Source: Candidatus Dormiibacterota bacterium
GTDB taxonomy: Bacteria > Chloroflexota > Dormibacteria > Aeolococcales > Aeolococcaceae
Length of the DNA: 64,000 bases
Assembly: GCA_963718525.1 (NCBI GenBank)
Contig: OY970355.1
Span: 3,168,001-3,232,000 of the forward strand
Reading direction: 5' to 3'
The translations under genes and the position numbers were made by a program. Every line of letters starts with the position of its first letter. Positions within the stretch are counted from its first letter, which is position 1. A model generated the notes under the pieces. It saw nothing but the letters and a program-made list of their open reading frames with translations, was not told the DNA's origin and did not search any database. Of the stretch, positions 37,769 to 46,720 are shown piece by piece.

Positions 37769-39298
37769 TCATTGCTCCGGTTCCGGGCGCGGATACCAGA
37801 TCGGGAGCTTGGCGTCGACATTGACCCAGACCGACTTCGGCTGGGTGTATTCGTGCATCGCCTCGAAGCCCATCTCGCGACCGTACCCCGATCCGCCCAC
37901 TCCTCCAAACGGCGAGGCCGGCGAGACTCGTTTGTACGCGTTCACCCAGACCATCCCGCAGCGCAGCTGGCCTGCCATCCGGTGCGCGCGGGCTAGGTCG
38001 TTCGTCCAGAGCCCGCTTCCGAGACCGTACTGCGTCGAGTTCGCGATCCGGATGGCCTCGTCCTCGTCGCGGAATATCGTGACCACAACGAAGGGCCCGA
38101 AGACCTCCTCCTGGCTGACGGTCGCGCCCGGATCTGCCCGTACCAATGTGGGCTGCACGTAGTATCCGGCGGCAAGTCCGGGATCTCCTGGAGCCTCGCC
38201 ACCGCATAGAACCTCTCCACCCTCGGCACGCGCCACACCGACATATCTGAGCACGCGCTCGCGGTGCTGCGCCGATGTCAGCGGGCCCATCTCGGTCGCG
38301 GAATCAAGCGGATCCCCGACCCGGATGCTCGTCGCGAGTTGGACGAACGCATCGAGAAAGCGGTCGGCGATGCGCTCGTGCAGCAACAACCGCGATCCCG
38401 CGATGCATGCCTGCCCCTGGTTGTGGAAGATCGCGAAAGCCGACCCGTTGACCGCCTGCTGCACATCAGCGTCCTCGAACACGATGTTCGCGCCCTTGCC
38501 CCCCAGTTCGAGGTGCAAACGCTTAAGGGTCTGGGCGCTTGCCTCGACAAGCCGTCGCCCCACAGGCGTTGATCCGGTGAACGACAGCATCCCGATGCGC
38601 GGATGCGTCGCGATCGCCCAGCCGGCCGAATCGCCATATCCGGGCACGATATTGACAACTCCGTCCGGGAGGCCGGCCTCCTGCATGAGGGCGGCGAGAC
38701 GGAGCGTGCTCAGGGGGGTGAGCTCGCTCGGTTTCATCACGACCGTGTTGCCGGCGGCCAGCGCCGGCCCCAGCTTCCAGCTCGTGAACATCAGCGGGAA
38801 GTTCCACGGAACGATCTGTCCCACAACGCCGATGGGCTCGCGAAGAAGGTAGTTGAGGAAACCCGCTTCCACCGGGATCACCGAGCCCTCGTGCTTGTCG
38901 GCCATTCCGCCGAAATATCGATACCACGCAGCCGTCCGCGGAACATCCAGCCGGGACGTGTCGCGAATCGGATGTCCGGTATCGACAGTCTCCAGCCGCG
39001 CCAGCTCGGCGGCGTTGGCCTCGACGAGGTCCGCCAGCCGCAGCAGCATCCGGCCGCGGTCGGCGGCGGCTGTCGCCGCCCACGCAGGAAACGCGCGCTC
39101 CGCTGCGTCCACCGCGCGGTCGACGTCGGCGGCCCGTGCTTCGGCGACACGAGTGATCACCGACCCGTCGTGCGGATCGAGGACATCAAGCTCGCCGCCT
39201 CCAGCAGCGTCGACCCACCGCCCGTCGATGAACAGGCGGGTCTGCAGTTCTGCCGGGTCGAGACGCGCTCGTGCCGGCAGCTGAACGTCGAGCCCCAC
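37769..39298 (-). CDS. Aldehyde dehydrogenase, probably 4-hydroxymuconic semialdehyde dehydrogenase
   Basis: IVPWNFP, FTGST, LELGGK, FHNQGQACIAG, EEVFGP; directly follows the hydroquinone dioxygenase genes. Confidence 0.88.
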   Translation of the reverse strand: MGLDVQLPARARLDPAELQTRLFIDGRWVDAAGGGELDVLDPHDGSVITRVAEARAADVDRAVDAAERAFPAWAATAAADRGRMLLRLADLVEANAAELARLETVDTGHPIRDTSRLDVPRTAAWYRYFGGMADKHEGSVIPVEAGFLNYLLREPIGVVGQIVPWNFPLMFTSWKLGPALAAGNTVVMKPSELTPLSTLRLAALMQEAGLPDGVVNIVPGYGDSAGWAIATHPRIGMLSFTGSTPVGRRLVEASAQTLKRLHLELGGKGANIVFEDADVQQAVNGSAFAIFHNQGQACIAGSRLLLHERIADRFLDAFVQLATSIRVGDPLDSATEMGPLTSAQHRERVLRYVGVARAEGGEVLCGGEAPGDPGLAAGYYVQPTLVRADPGATVSQEEVFGPFVVVTIFRDEDEAIRIANSTQYGLGSGLWTNDLARAHRMAGQLRCGMVWVNAYKRVSPASPFGGVGGSGYGREMGFEAMHEYTQPKSVWVNVDAKLPIWYPRPEPEQ

Positions 39299-39309
39299 GC
39301 AGGTCTCGG

Positions 39310-40293
39310 TCAGAAGTCCACTGGGTGGCTGGGCAGCTTGCCCGTCGCGTACAGCTCCGGAAGCTCACCGTCGGCGTTCTCCCAGACCAGGAGCATCGCT
39401 CGCTTTGGAGCGTAGCCCTGGTGCCGGATGTTCGCCGGCATCGACGCCACGTCCCCGGGCTTCATCACCACCCGGGTTCGCGCCGCACCGGTGTCGCGAT
39501 CCTCGACGGCCCAGATGATCTCGTCGCTCAACTGGACGAACCACTCGACCCGGTCGTTGCCGTGGATGATGGGGAGGATGTACTCCTCGGTTGTGGGGCA
39601 GTACAGGCTGTCCTTGCACACGCTCACCACCGAGGGATTCCAGGTGACGTCGGATCGCGACAGATATGCGAACAGGTTGTAGGCCTTCACCTCGGACTCG
39701 AACCCCGGCTCCGCCTCGATCTCCGGGCCGTCCTGGGGGACGTCGGCGAACATCCGGTTGATGGGGTGCGTGGCGTCGGTGCGAAGCTGCTCATCGTCAT
39801 CGCAGGAGACCATGCGCTTGGAGGCGACCCGCCGCCGCGTCACGGCAGCAATGTTGCTGCCGTTCTTGTCACCAAATGCGCTGCCCGTCTCCTCCGGCGA
39901 GGCAAAGGGATCGAATGAGGCGTTGGTCCAGTCGGCGAGCATCCGCTCGAAGGTGGCCTTGATATTGTCGCTGTGGAAGTTCTCGACGTGATCCATCTCC
40001 GCCTTGCGGTACGCGTCGTTGTACCGGCCAGCGAAGAGATCGACGGTGCCGTAGTGGTTCACCGTGCCAACCACGCCGTCGAAGTTGACGATGCCGTAGA
40101 AGAAGTTCCAGGCGACATCGCGTTGCATCGCTCGGAGGAAGGCGTCCGCCGACATGACGTGGCTGCCGGTGGGCCACTTGACGTACACGAAGTACTCGTC
40201 ACGCCGGAAGTGAAACTCGCCGAGTGTGAATTCCGCGTACCCGTGAGCATTCGGCTCGCTGGCGATGACGTCAGTGTCCATGAGCAGGGTCAT
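39310..40293 (-). CDS. Hydroquinone 1,2-dioxygenase large subunit (HqdB/HapD/PnpD-like)
   Basis: FRRDEYF, DAFLRAMQRDVAWNFFYG, FDPFASPEETG, LSRSDVTWNPSV, PTTEEYILPIIHGNDRVEWF, IRHQG (His/Glu/His Fe ligands). Confidence 0.9.
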   Translation of the reverse strand: MTLLMDTDVIASEPNAHGYAEFTLGEFHFRRDEYFVYVKWPTGSHVMSADAFLRAMQRDVAWNFFYGIVNFDGVVGTVNHYGTVDLFAGRYNDAYRKAEMDHVENFHSDNIKATFERMLADWTNASFDPFASPEETGSAFGDKNGSNIAAVTRRRVASKRMVSCDDDEQLRTDATHPINRMFADVPQDGPEIEAEPGFESEVKAYNLFAYLSRSDVTWNPSVVSVCKDSLYCPTTEEYILPIIHGNDRVEWFVQLSDEIIWAVEDRDTGAARTRVVMKPGDVASMPANIRHQGYAPKRAMLLVWENADGELPELYATGKLPSHPVDF

Positions 40294-40327
40294 CTGTCGT
40301 CGACTCCCATCATTGTGTCGACCAGCC

Positions 40328-40828
40328 TCAGTGGGTCTGGCAGATCTCGCCCCATCGATAGACGGTGTCCGCGCCTTCGATCGTCTGCAGCAGGATGACC
40401 GAGGGCTTCTCAGCGTGAAAACGATAGGCGGCGTGCGCGGGCACCATCGTCATGTGCCCGCGCCTCGCGACGATGCGCCCCATCCGTGGGCCGGTGGGTT
40501 CGTGACCGAGCCGGACCGAACCCCGGGTGCCCTCGGGTGGTTCCTCTTCGACCGCAAGCCGATGCAGGATCACCTCGACCTCGCCATCCATGACGAGCGC
40601 GAACTCGTCGTGAGCCGTACTGCGCCACTCGGAATCACCCTCGGCGCGGATTGCCTCGAGCACGTACTGGCGATTCTTTCCGACAGCCACCTTCTCATAG
40701 GGCTGCGAATGCGTGGCGACATCGAAAACATTCGAGAAGGTATAGCGTTTCGGGTCGTCGTCGATGATCTCGACGCCGCCTTTCTCATACTGATCCAGCG
40801 AGCCGAAACGGGTGACATACGCCGGCAC
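40328..40828 (-). CDS. Hydroquinone 1,2-dioxygenase small subunit (HqdA/HapC/PnpC-like)
   Basis: FGSLDQYEKGGVEII, YTFSNVFDVA...PYEKVAVGKN, RAEG...AHDEFALVMDGEV, AYRF, W.EICQT. Confidence 0.9.
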   Translation of the reverse strand: MPAYVTRFGSLDQYEKGGVEIIDDDPKRYTFSNVFDVATHSQPYEKVAVGKNRQYVLEAIRAEGDSEWRSTAHDEFALVMDGEVEVILHRLAVEEEPPEGTRGSVRLGHEPTGPRMGRIVARRGHMTMVPAHAAYRFHAEKPSVILLQTIEGADTVYRWGEICQTH

Positions 40829-40888
40829 GATGCTTGTCCTCGGTAATTGACGCTTCGCAGTGTGTGCGACGTGCGAACACGGCGGCGC

Positions 40889-40932
40889 TGTTCGAACATC
40901 TGAAGCCTACGCCCGTCATTCTGGACAAGTCA
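40889..40932 (-). promoter_or_regulatory. Putative promoter and palindrome upstream of the dioxygenase operon
   Basis: Minus-strand TTGACT, 18 nt, TAGGCT, followed by the palindrome TGTTCGAACA. Confidence 0.45.
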
Positions 40933-41682
40933 ATCGAGACGCGGCGATGGGCGGCCGCCCCACGTGGATGGCGCTGCCGGCGCCGGCGAACGAGGCGAGC
41001 CCGCGAGGAGGTCGGCAAGCAACGCGCCGCGGAGGGTCGACATCTGGGCGATGACGTCGGGGATATCGGAGGTCTCCGGCAGCCGCAGCCGAAGCTCGCG
41101 CATTCCCGCCGCGTACAGCGTGGCGACGGTCTGCTGGCACTCCTCCAGGGTGCCGACCAGGCCCGCGGCCATCTCCGCCTCGGCGCGCAGCCCCGGATCA
41201 CCGGAGAGCCGCGCCTGCGCCTCGGCGGCCGTCCGCCCCGGAGACGCCGGGAGACACACCGCACTCCTTCCAGATGCACCACGCAGCCGCTCCACGAGCG
41301 TTTGCAACGGAGCCGGGCCGAAAACCGGAACCCCGCCCGCTGACCGAATCGCCGCCTCGACGTCCGCGGTCGGCGCGTCGACCGAGACTTCCTGCCCGCC
41401 TGCGAGGCGGCTGCTGAACGCGGCCATGCTCGCCGCGGTGGCAGCGCCGCCCCGGAGCCAGATATCGTCGACGGGGTCGAGGGCCTGCTCGTCGGTGTCG
41501 CTGACGACCCATCCGACACGCATGCCCGCGACCAGCGCCTCGTTGGGTCGCGCGAAGCCGGCGGCCACCCAGATCGCCTGCCAACCGGCCCTGGCCGCAA
41601 GTATCGCGATGGGCGGGAGCGAGTTTGCGTGGCGGGGCAACAGGAGACCCAGCTGCAGCTGACCTCCGGCCGCCGTTTCCAC
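40930..41682 (-). CDS. Divergent, shortened luciferase-like (LLM) flavin oxidoreductase homolog
   Basis: LGLLLP...AARAGWQAIWV N-terminus and GLVGTLEECQQTVATLYAAGMRELRL C-terminus typical of LLM barrels; only the last ~250 aa of the 809-aa ORF are plausible. Confidence 0.55.
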   Translation of the reverse strand: METAAGGQLQLGLLLPRHANSLPPIAILAARAGWQAIWVAAGFARPNEALVAGMRVGWVVSDTDEQALDPVDDIWLRGGAATAASMAAFSSRLAGGQEVSVDAPTADVEAAIRSAGGVPVFGPAPLQTLVERLRGASGRSAVCLPASPGRTAAEAQARLSGDPGLRAEAEMAAGLVGTLEECQQTVATLYAAGMRELRLRLPETSDIPDVIAQMSTLRGALLADLLAGSPRSPAPAAPSTWGGRPSPRLD

Positions 41683-41730
41683 ACGCCCGATCTTGACACC
41701 CGCCTTTTCCGGCGGGCGCACAATCGCGCG

Positions 41731-43167
41731 ATGGGTGAGTCGGATGTCGTCGGTGGCATGGTGGTGCGGATGGCCGCGGCCCTCCGGCATGCGGCGGTTC
41801 CGGTGTCGACCGGGGAGCTCATCGACGCAGCGCGGGCACTCGATGTCCTCGACACGGGAGCGCGAGATCAGGTCCGTGCGGCGCTGCGCGCGACACTGAT
41901 CAAACGACAGGGCGATATCGATACCTTCGAGCGGATCTTCGCTGCGTTGACTGCCGCGCTCGGTGATGGACCGCTGCCGGGGAACTCGGTCCCCCTCGAC
42001 GGCAACGGCGCGGCCATGCACTCGCCCGTCCCCGGCGCGAACACCGACGCGCCCGCGCTCATGGACGACGTGGTCGCCGCACTGCGCGTCAACGACGAGG
42101 CAGCACTGCGAGCGCTTGCGATCATGGCGGTCGAGCAATTCGGAGGCATCGGATCGACCTCCCGGGACTCGGAGCGGGCCTCGCTCTATCGCGTCCTGCG
42201 TGGCCTGGACCTGGCCCAGATCCTCCAGCGAGCGATGCGCCAATCCGAGGCCGATCCGGAGGACACGGGGGGCATCGGCGCGCGTGTCCCGGCAGAGATC
42301 GCGGCTCGCGTCGAGGAGTTCCGCCGCCTGCTCGCTCGCGAGGTGCAGCGCCGCCTCGACGCGAGGTCCGTCAGGGAAGGGACCTCGATTCTGCGATCCA
42401 CGGGGACCCTTGAGGACCTGCCCATCCTCGGCGCAACCCCGGCGGAGCTCGCAGCACTGCAGCGAGCGCTCCGCCCGCTCGCGCGCCGGCTCGCCGTCCG
42501 CGGCGCCCGCCGGAGACGCCACACCCACAGGGGGCGCCTCGACGTCCGCCGGACCATCAGAAGATCGCTGTCCACCGGTGGCCTCCCTCTGCAACCGGCC
42601 TGGCGGCGTCCCAGGACGACCCGGCCGGAATTGGTCGTGCTCTGCGATGTGAGCGGTTCGGTGGCGGAGTTCGCACGCTTCACCCTGGCGCTCATGAGCG
42701 CCATGACCGCGGAATTCTCGGCGATCCGGTGCTTCGCATTCGTCGACGGTGTCGATGAGGTGACCCGAGTAGTGGCGGAGGCGCAGGGAGCGCTCATGCC
42801 CTCGCACGTGCTGGCGCGAACCGATGTTGTGTGGGATGACGGGCACAGTGACTACGGGCGCGTGTGGGGACTCTTCGCCGCCCGTTTCGCGCAGGCGCTG
42901 ACCCCGCGGGCCAGCCTCGTGATCGCAGGTGATGCGAGAACCAACTATCGGGCGGCGAACGCCGCCGGGCTCGCCGGCATCGCGCGCACCGTGCGGGGCG
43001 TCCACTGGCTCAACCCCGAGCGGCAGGAATACTGGGACACCGGCGACTCGGTGATGTCGCTCTACGCGCGGGCGTGTGATTCCGTCCACGAGGTGCGTAC
43101 GCTCCGCCAGCTCGAGTCGGCCGCGCTCGACATCGCGAGCGGTGCCGGGACGTCGTCGGGCGGGTGA
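41731..43167 (+). CDS. CoxE-like VWA domain protein
   Basis: [55 protein letters not shown]...WDTGDS. Confidence 0.92.
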   Translation: MGESDVVGGMVVRMAAALRHAAVPVSTGELIDAARALDVLDTGARDQVRAALRATLIKRQGDIDTFERIFAALTAALGDGPLPGNSVPLDGNGAAMHSPVPGANTDAPALMDDVVAALRVNDEAALRALAIMAVEQFGGIGSTSRDSERASLYRVLRGLDLAQILQRAMRQSEADPEDTGGIGARVPAEIAARVEEFRRLLAREVQRRLDARSVREGTSILRSTGTLEDLPILGATPAELAALQRALRPLARRLAVRGARRRRHTHRGRLDVRRTIRRSLSTGGLPLQPAWRRPRTTRPELVVLCDVSGSVAEFARFTLALMSAMTAEFSAIRCFAFVDGVDEVTRVVAEAQGALMPSHVLARTDVVWDDGHSDYGRVWGLFAARFAQALTPRASLVIAGDARTNYRAANAAGLAGIARTVRGVHWLNPERQEYWDTGDSVMSLYARACDSVHEVRTLRQLESAALDIASGAGTSSGG

Positions 43168-43219
43168 TGTCCCCATAAGCTGGACCCCCCCGCCGGCCAC
43201 CGGACCGTACACTCGCCGC

Positions 43220-45268
43220 GTGTCCGAAGTCGACGGAGAGTTGCTCGCCCTCCGAGGGCGTCTTGGCGATCTCGACCAACGTATCGTCGAATTGATCGCG
43301 GAGCGATTCCGCGTCGTCGAGGATGTCGCGAGGGAGAAAGCCGCCTCCGACGCCGCCATCCGTGACTCCGAGCGCGAACGTCAGGTGCTCGCGTCGGTCG
43401 AGCACATCGCGCGGATAGAAGGCGCCCCGGTCAACCTGGTCCGCAGGATCTATCGCGACCTCCTGGCGGAGTCGGTCAGCAGGCAGGTGTCGAGTCGTTC
43501 GGGCGTCAGGTCGGAGGTGGCCCTGCGGGTTGCGGTGCGTGGTGAGCATTCCTTCGGCTACCTCGCGGCACAGAAGTACCTGTCGGCGCGTGAGGTCGAT
43601 GGTGAGATGGTGGTGACGCGCACCTACCAGGCCGCCGTTGACGCATTGAAGGCGGGAGAGGTCGACCTCGCGGTCCTGCCGATCGAGAACACGGCGGCCG
43701 GCAGTGTCGATGAAACCTACGACCTCCTGCGTGAGAACGAGGTGTCGATCGTCGGCGAGGAGACATCGAGCGTCGAGTACTGTCTGTGCGGAGTCAGTGA
43801 TCTTCCGCTCGGAGCGATCAGCCAGGTGCTTGCCGCGGTTGACGGTCTCGAGCAGTGCTCGCGGTTTCTCCAGACCCTGCCGAATGCGGCGCAGATCCTG
43901 GAGTTCGATACCGGTGCGGCGATGCGGCTCGTGCGTGCGACCGGCAACTCGACACACGTTGCGATCGGCGCGCCGGAAGCCGCTGCCGTCCATGGCCTGG
44001 TCGTCTTACGCCGCGGTATCGCCAACCACGCGGAGAACTACACGCGGTTCGTTGTCCTCTCACGCCATCCCGTCGCCGTCGAGCTCAGTGCTCCCTGCAA
44101 GACCAGCCTGATCCTGATCACCCGGCACGAGCACGGCGCGTTGATGCGATCCCTCGGCGTCCTCGCGGCCAGCGATCACTCCATGACCAAGCTCGAATCC
44201 CGTCCCAGGCCCGGACGGCCCTTCGAGTACATGTTCTTCATCGATTTCGAGGGCAATATCGCCGACCCGCGCACGGCTGACGCGCTCGATGACCTCCGCT
44301 CCACCGCGCTGCATCTCAAAGTGCTTGGCAGCTACCCGGCCACCAGCACCACCACGACGGATGCGCAGCCCGGCGATGCCAGGCCGCTCATCCCGCCGCC
44401 CGTGGAAGCCGACGTCCCTGAGGCAGCAGTGGCGCGACGCCCGGCGGTCAAGTCGTCGAAGAATTACCGGCTCGCCGGTCGTGGGGCTCGCTCCGACGAC
44501 ACGGTGATTCCCGTCGGCAACCTGCTGATCGGTGGTGGTGGATTTCTCGTCATGGCGGGTCCCTGTTCCGTCGAGTCGGCGGACCAGATCGATGCCACTG
44601 CCCGTGCGGTGCGCGAGGCCGGCGCACAGATCCTCCGAGGCGGGGTCTTCAAGCCGCGCACCTCGCCATACGCCTTCCAGGGCCTGGGATGGGATGGGCT
44701 CGAGCTGCTCGCCGCGGCGGGGAGGGCGACCGGCATGCCGATCATCAGCGAGGTGATGGCGGTCGACCAGGTCAGGCGCATGGCCGAGCTGGTCGACATC
44801 CTCCAGGTCGGAACTCGCAACATGCAGAACTTCGATCTCCTTCGCGAGCTCGGCAAGGTCGATCGCCCAATCCTGCTCAAGCGCGGACTCTCCAGCACCA
44901 TTGACGAATGGCTCGGCGCTGCCGAATACATCCTCGCGATCGGCAATCAGCAGGTGATGCTCTGTGAACGTGGCATCAGAACCTTCGAGACGAGCACTCG
45001 CAACACGCTCGACCTGTGCGCCATACCGGTGTTGCGCGAGCTGACCCATCTCCCGGTGATCGTCGATCCGAGCCATGGCACCGGTCACCGCGCCTACGTC
45101 GCGCCGATGGCGAAGGCAGCACGCGCCGCCGGCGCGCACGGTCTGCTCATCGAGGTGCACCCGGACCCTGACAGGGCGCTCTCCGACGCTGAGCAGAGCC
45201 TGTCGTTCGGCGAATTCCTCTCGCTGATGCGGAGCCTGCAGGCGGTCGCGCCTTTGCCCTACGCCTGA
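43220..45268 (+). CDS. Chorismate mutase - prephenate dehydratase - ACT - DAHP synthase (type Ibeta) fusion
   Basis: AroQ ([26 protein letters not shown]); PDT (LPIENT, NYTRF); ACT (TKLESRP, YMFFIDF); DAHPS ([41 protein letters not shown]). Confidence 0.9.
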   Translation: MSEVDGELLALRGRLGDLDQRIVELIAERFRVVEDVAREKAASDAAIRDSERERQVLASVEHIARIEGAPVNLVRRIYRDLLAESVSRQVSSRSGVRSEVALRVAVRGEHSFGYLAAQKYLSAREVDGEMVVTRTYQAAVDALKAGEVDLAVLPIENTAAGSVDETYDLLRENEVSIVGEETSSVEYCLCGVSDLPLGAISQVLAAVDGLEQCSRFLQTLPNAAQILEFDTGAAMRLVRATGNSTHVAIGAPEAAAVHGLVVLRRGIANHAENYTRFVVLSRHPVAVELSAPCKTSLILITRHEHGALMRSLGVLAASDHSMTKLESRPRPGRPFEYMFFIDFEGNIADPRTADALDDLRSTALHLKVLGSYPATSTTTTDAQPGDARPLIPPPVEADVPEAAVARRPAVKSSKNYRLAGRGARSDDTVIPVGNLLIGGGGFLVMAGPCSVESADQIDATARAVREAGAQILRGGVFKPRTSPYAFQGLGWDGLELLAAAGRATGMPIISEVMAVDQVRRMAELVDILQVGTRNMQNFDLLRELGKVDRPILLKRGLSSTIDEWLGAAEYILAIGNQQVMLCERGIRTFETSTRNTLDLCAIPVLRELTHLPVIVDPSHGTGHRAYVAPMAKAARAAGAHGLLIEVHPDPDRALSDAEQSLSFGEFLSLMRSLQAVAPLPYA

Positions 45269-46620
45269 CCCGGTCGCTCGACCCAGAGGAAGCTCGTGAA
45301 GTTCTGCTCAAGGTCCTGAAGGTTGTCTTCAACGACACGAAGGCCGTTGAGGTCGGCGAGCGTGCTGCTTCCCATGGTCGCGACCGAGGCGGGGAGCTCT
45401 CCCCTCCCAAGGAGTTCGGCAACCTTGGCCTGATCGATCAGGTCGCCCGTGCCGCTCGTCTGGGTGAGATTCGCGTACTTCTTCTCGAGATTGGTGCGGC
45501 ACTGGCGCAATACCTGAGGGTGAGCCATCACCGTGTCGACGCTGGAGAAGTCGGCACCTGCAGCGATCATCAGCGCGTGGGAGATCTTGATCGCGAACTC
45601 TTCGACAATGGCGAAGCGATATCGCGCCATCGCCGCGATCGATTCGCCGACCATCCCGCCGACCGAGTTGTGAATCGCGAAGACTCCGCGATCGACCTCC
45701 CCTTCGTGAAGAGCGCGCAGCACCCGTTCCGTGGTGTGCAGATACACGATCTCGCAGGGAATTTCCGGTGTGCGGCTCATGTAATACCGAGCGGCGTCCT
45801 CGTTGAAGCTGCCCCGTCCGCCCTGGATCCCGACGACCATGCGGTCCGTGACCAGGCGGTTCGGGAGCAACAGATCGAACACCGAGTCCTGAGCTTCAGA
45901 GAGGCGCAGGCGCATCGCCTTGGTATGTGGATTGAGGGTCTGCAGGTCGACGAACAGCTGCCACGTATCGTTGCTGACCTGTGAGGTCACGTCCTGAAGA
46001 AGTCTCGTTCCAAGGGTATCGATCGGCGTCGGCGTGAACCCAAAGCGTTCGAGCGTTCGGCCGACGAAGTGCGTCACTCCCTGGCTCGCAGCTGCGAGCC
46101 GGTCGTGTTCATCGGCCGACATCGACACCACCACGAGCCCCTTGGATACAAAGTAGTCCCGCCACGCGTCCAGGGCCGCCACCGGCAATCGAAATCCGTC
46201 GATGACGATGGTCTGACCGACGATGCCGCTTGCGGCAACGCTGTCCGGACCGAATAGTGGATGGGTGAGCAGCGCCTCGTAGTTCGGGGGCAGATGGCGT
46301 GCGAAGACGTCTCGCGGATGCACCTTCACCGACAGGACGTCGATGAGGGTGCGTGTTCCGCCGAGCTCGTTGAAATACGGAAGGTGCTCTGTGATCGTGC
46401 CCTCCAGCGCGGAGATCGGGACGCAGTAGAAGACGGCGTCCGACGCCAGAGTCTCCTCCAGCGAGGATGCCGGCAGCCCCTCTCGCGTCGCCTCGGCACG
46501 CTGCAGCGGATCAGGGTCGTATCCCCTGAGCGTGAAGTCGTCCTGGAGCATCGACGCCCAGAGACGTCCAAACCGGCCGAGGCCAACCACTCCCACCGTC
46601 GCCGGAAGGGATCTGGTCAT
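45259..46620 (-). CDS. Prephenate/arogenate dehydrogenase - prephenate dehydratase fusion
   Basis: [42 protein letters not shown], then [32 protein letters not shown]. Confidence 0.87.
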   Translation of the reverse strand: MTRSLPATVGVVGLGRFGRLWASMLQDDFTLRGYDPDPLQRAEATREGLPASSLEETLASDAVFYCVPISALEGTITEHLPYFNELGGTRTLIDVLSVKVHPRDVFARHLPPNYEALLTHPLFGPDSVAASGIVGQTIVIDGFRLPVAALDAWRDYFVSKGLVVVSMSADEHDRLAAASQGVTHFVGRTLERFGFTPTPIDTLGTRLLQDVTSQVSNDTWQLFVDLQTLNPHTKAMRLRLSEAQDSVFDLLLPNRLVTDRMVVGIQGGRGSFNEDAARYYMSRTPEIPCEIVYLHTTERVLRALHEGEVDRGVFAIHNSVGGMVGESIAAMARYRFAIVEEFAIKISHALMIAAGADFSSVDTVMAHPQVLRQCRTNLEKKYANLTQTSGTGDLIDQAKVAELLGRGELPASVATMGSSTLADLNGLRVVEDNLQDLEQNFTSFLWVERPGQA

Positions 46621-46720
46621 CACCGCGGCTAGTGTACGGCTGGACCGCGGAGCTCTCGATCTCTCCAGCCTCGAGACGCTTCGACGCCGAAAACGGGCGC
46701 GTCGGTATGGTCTGGGTTGC

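Noticed and set aside
36824-43167. Calling a CO dehydrogenase (cox) cluster from the CoxD/CoxE-like genes
   Set aside because: No coxL/M/S or molybdo-hydroxylase genes in the window.
41683-43359. N-terminal ~560 aa of the 809-aa minus-strand ORF 40930..43359
   Set aside because: Antisense shadow of the VWA gene in GC-rich DNA; Arg/Gly/Pro-rich with no motifs.
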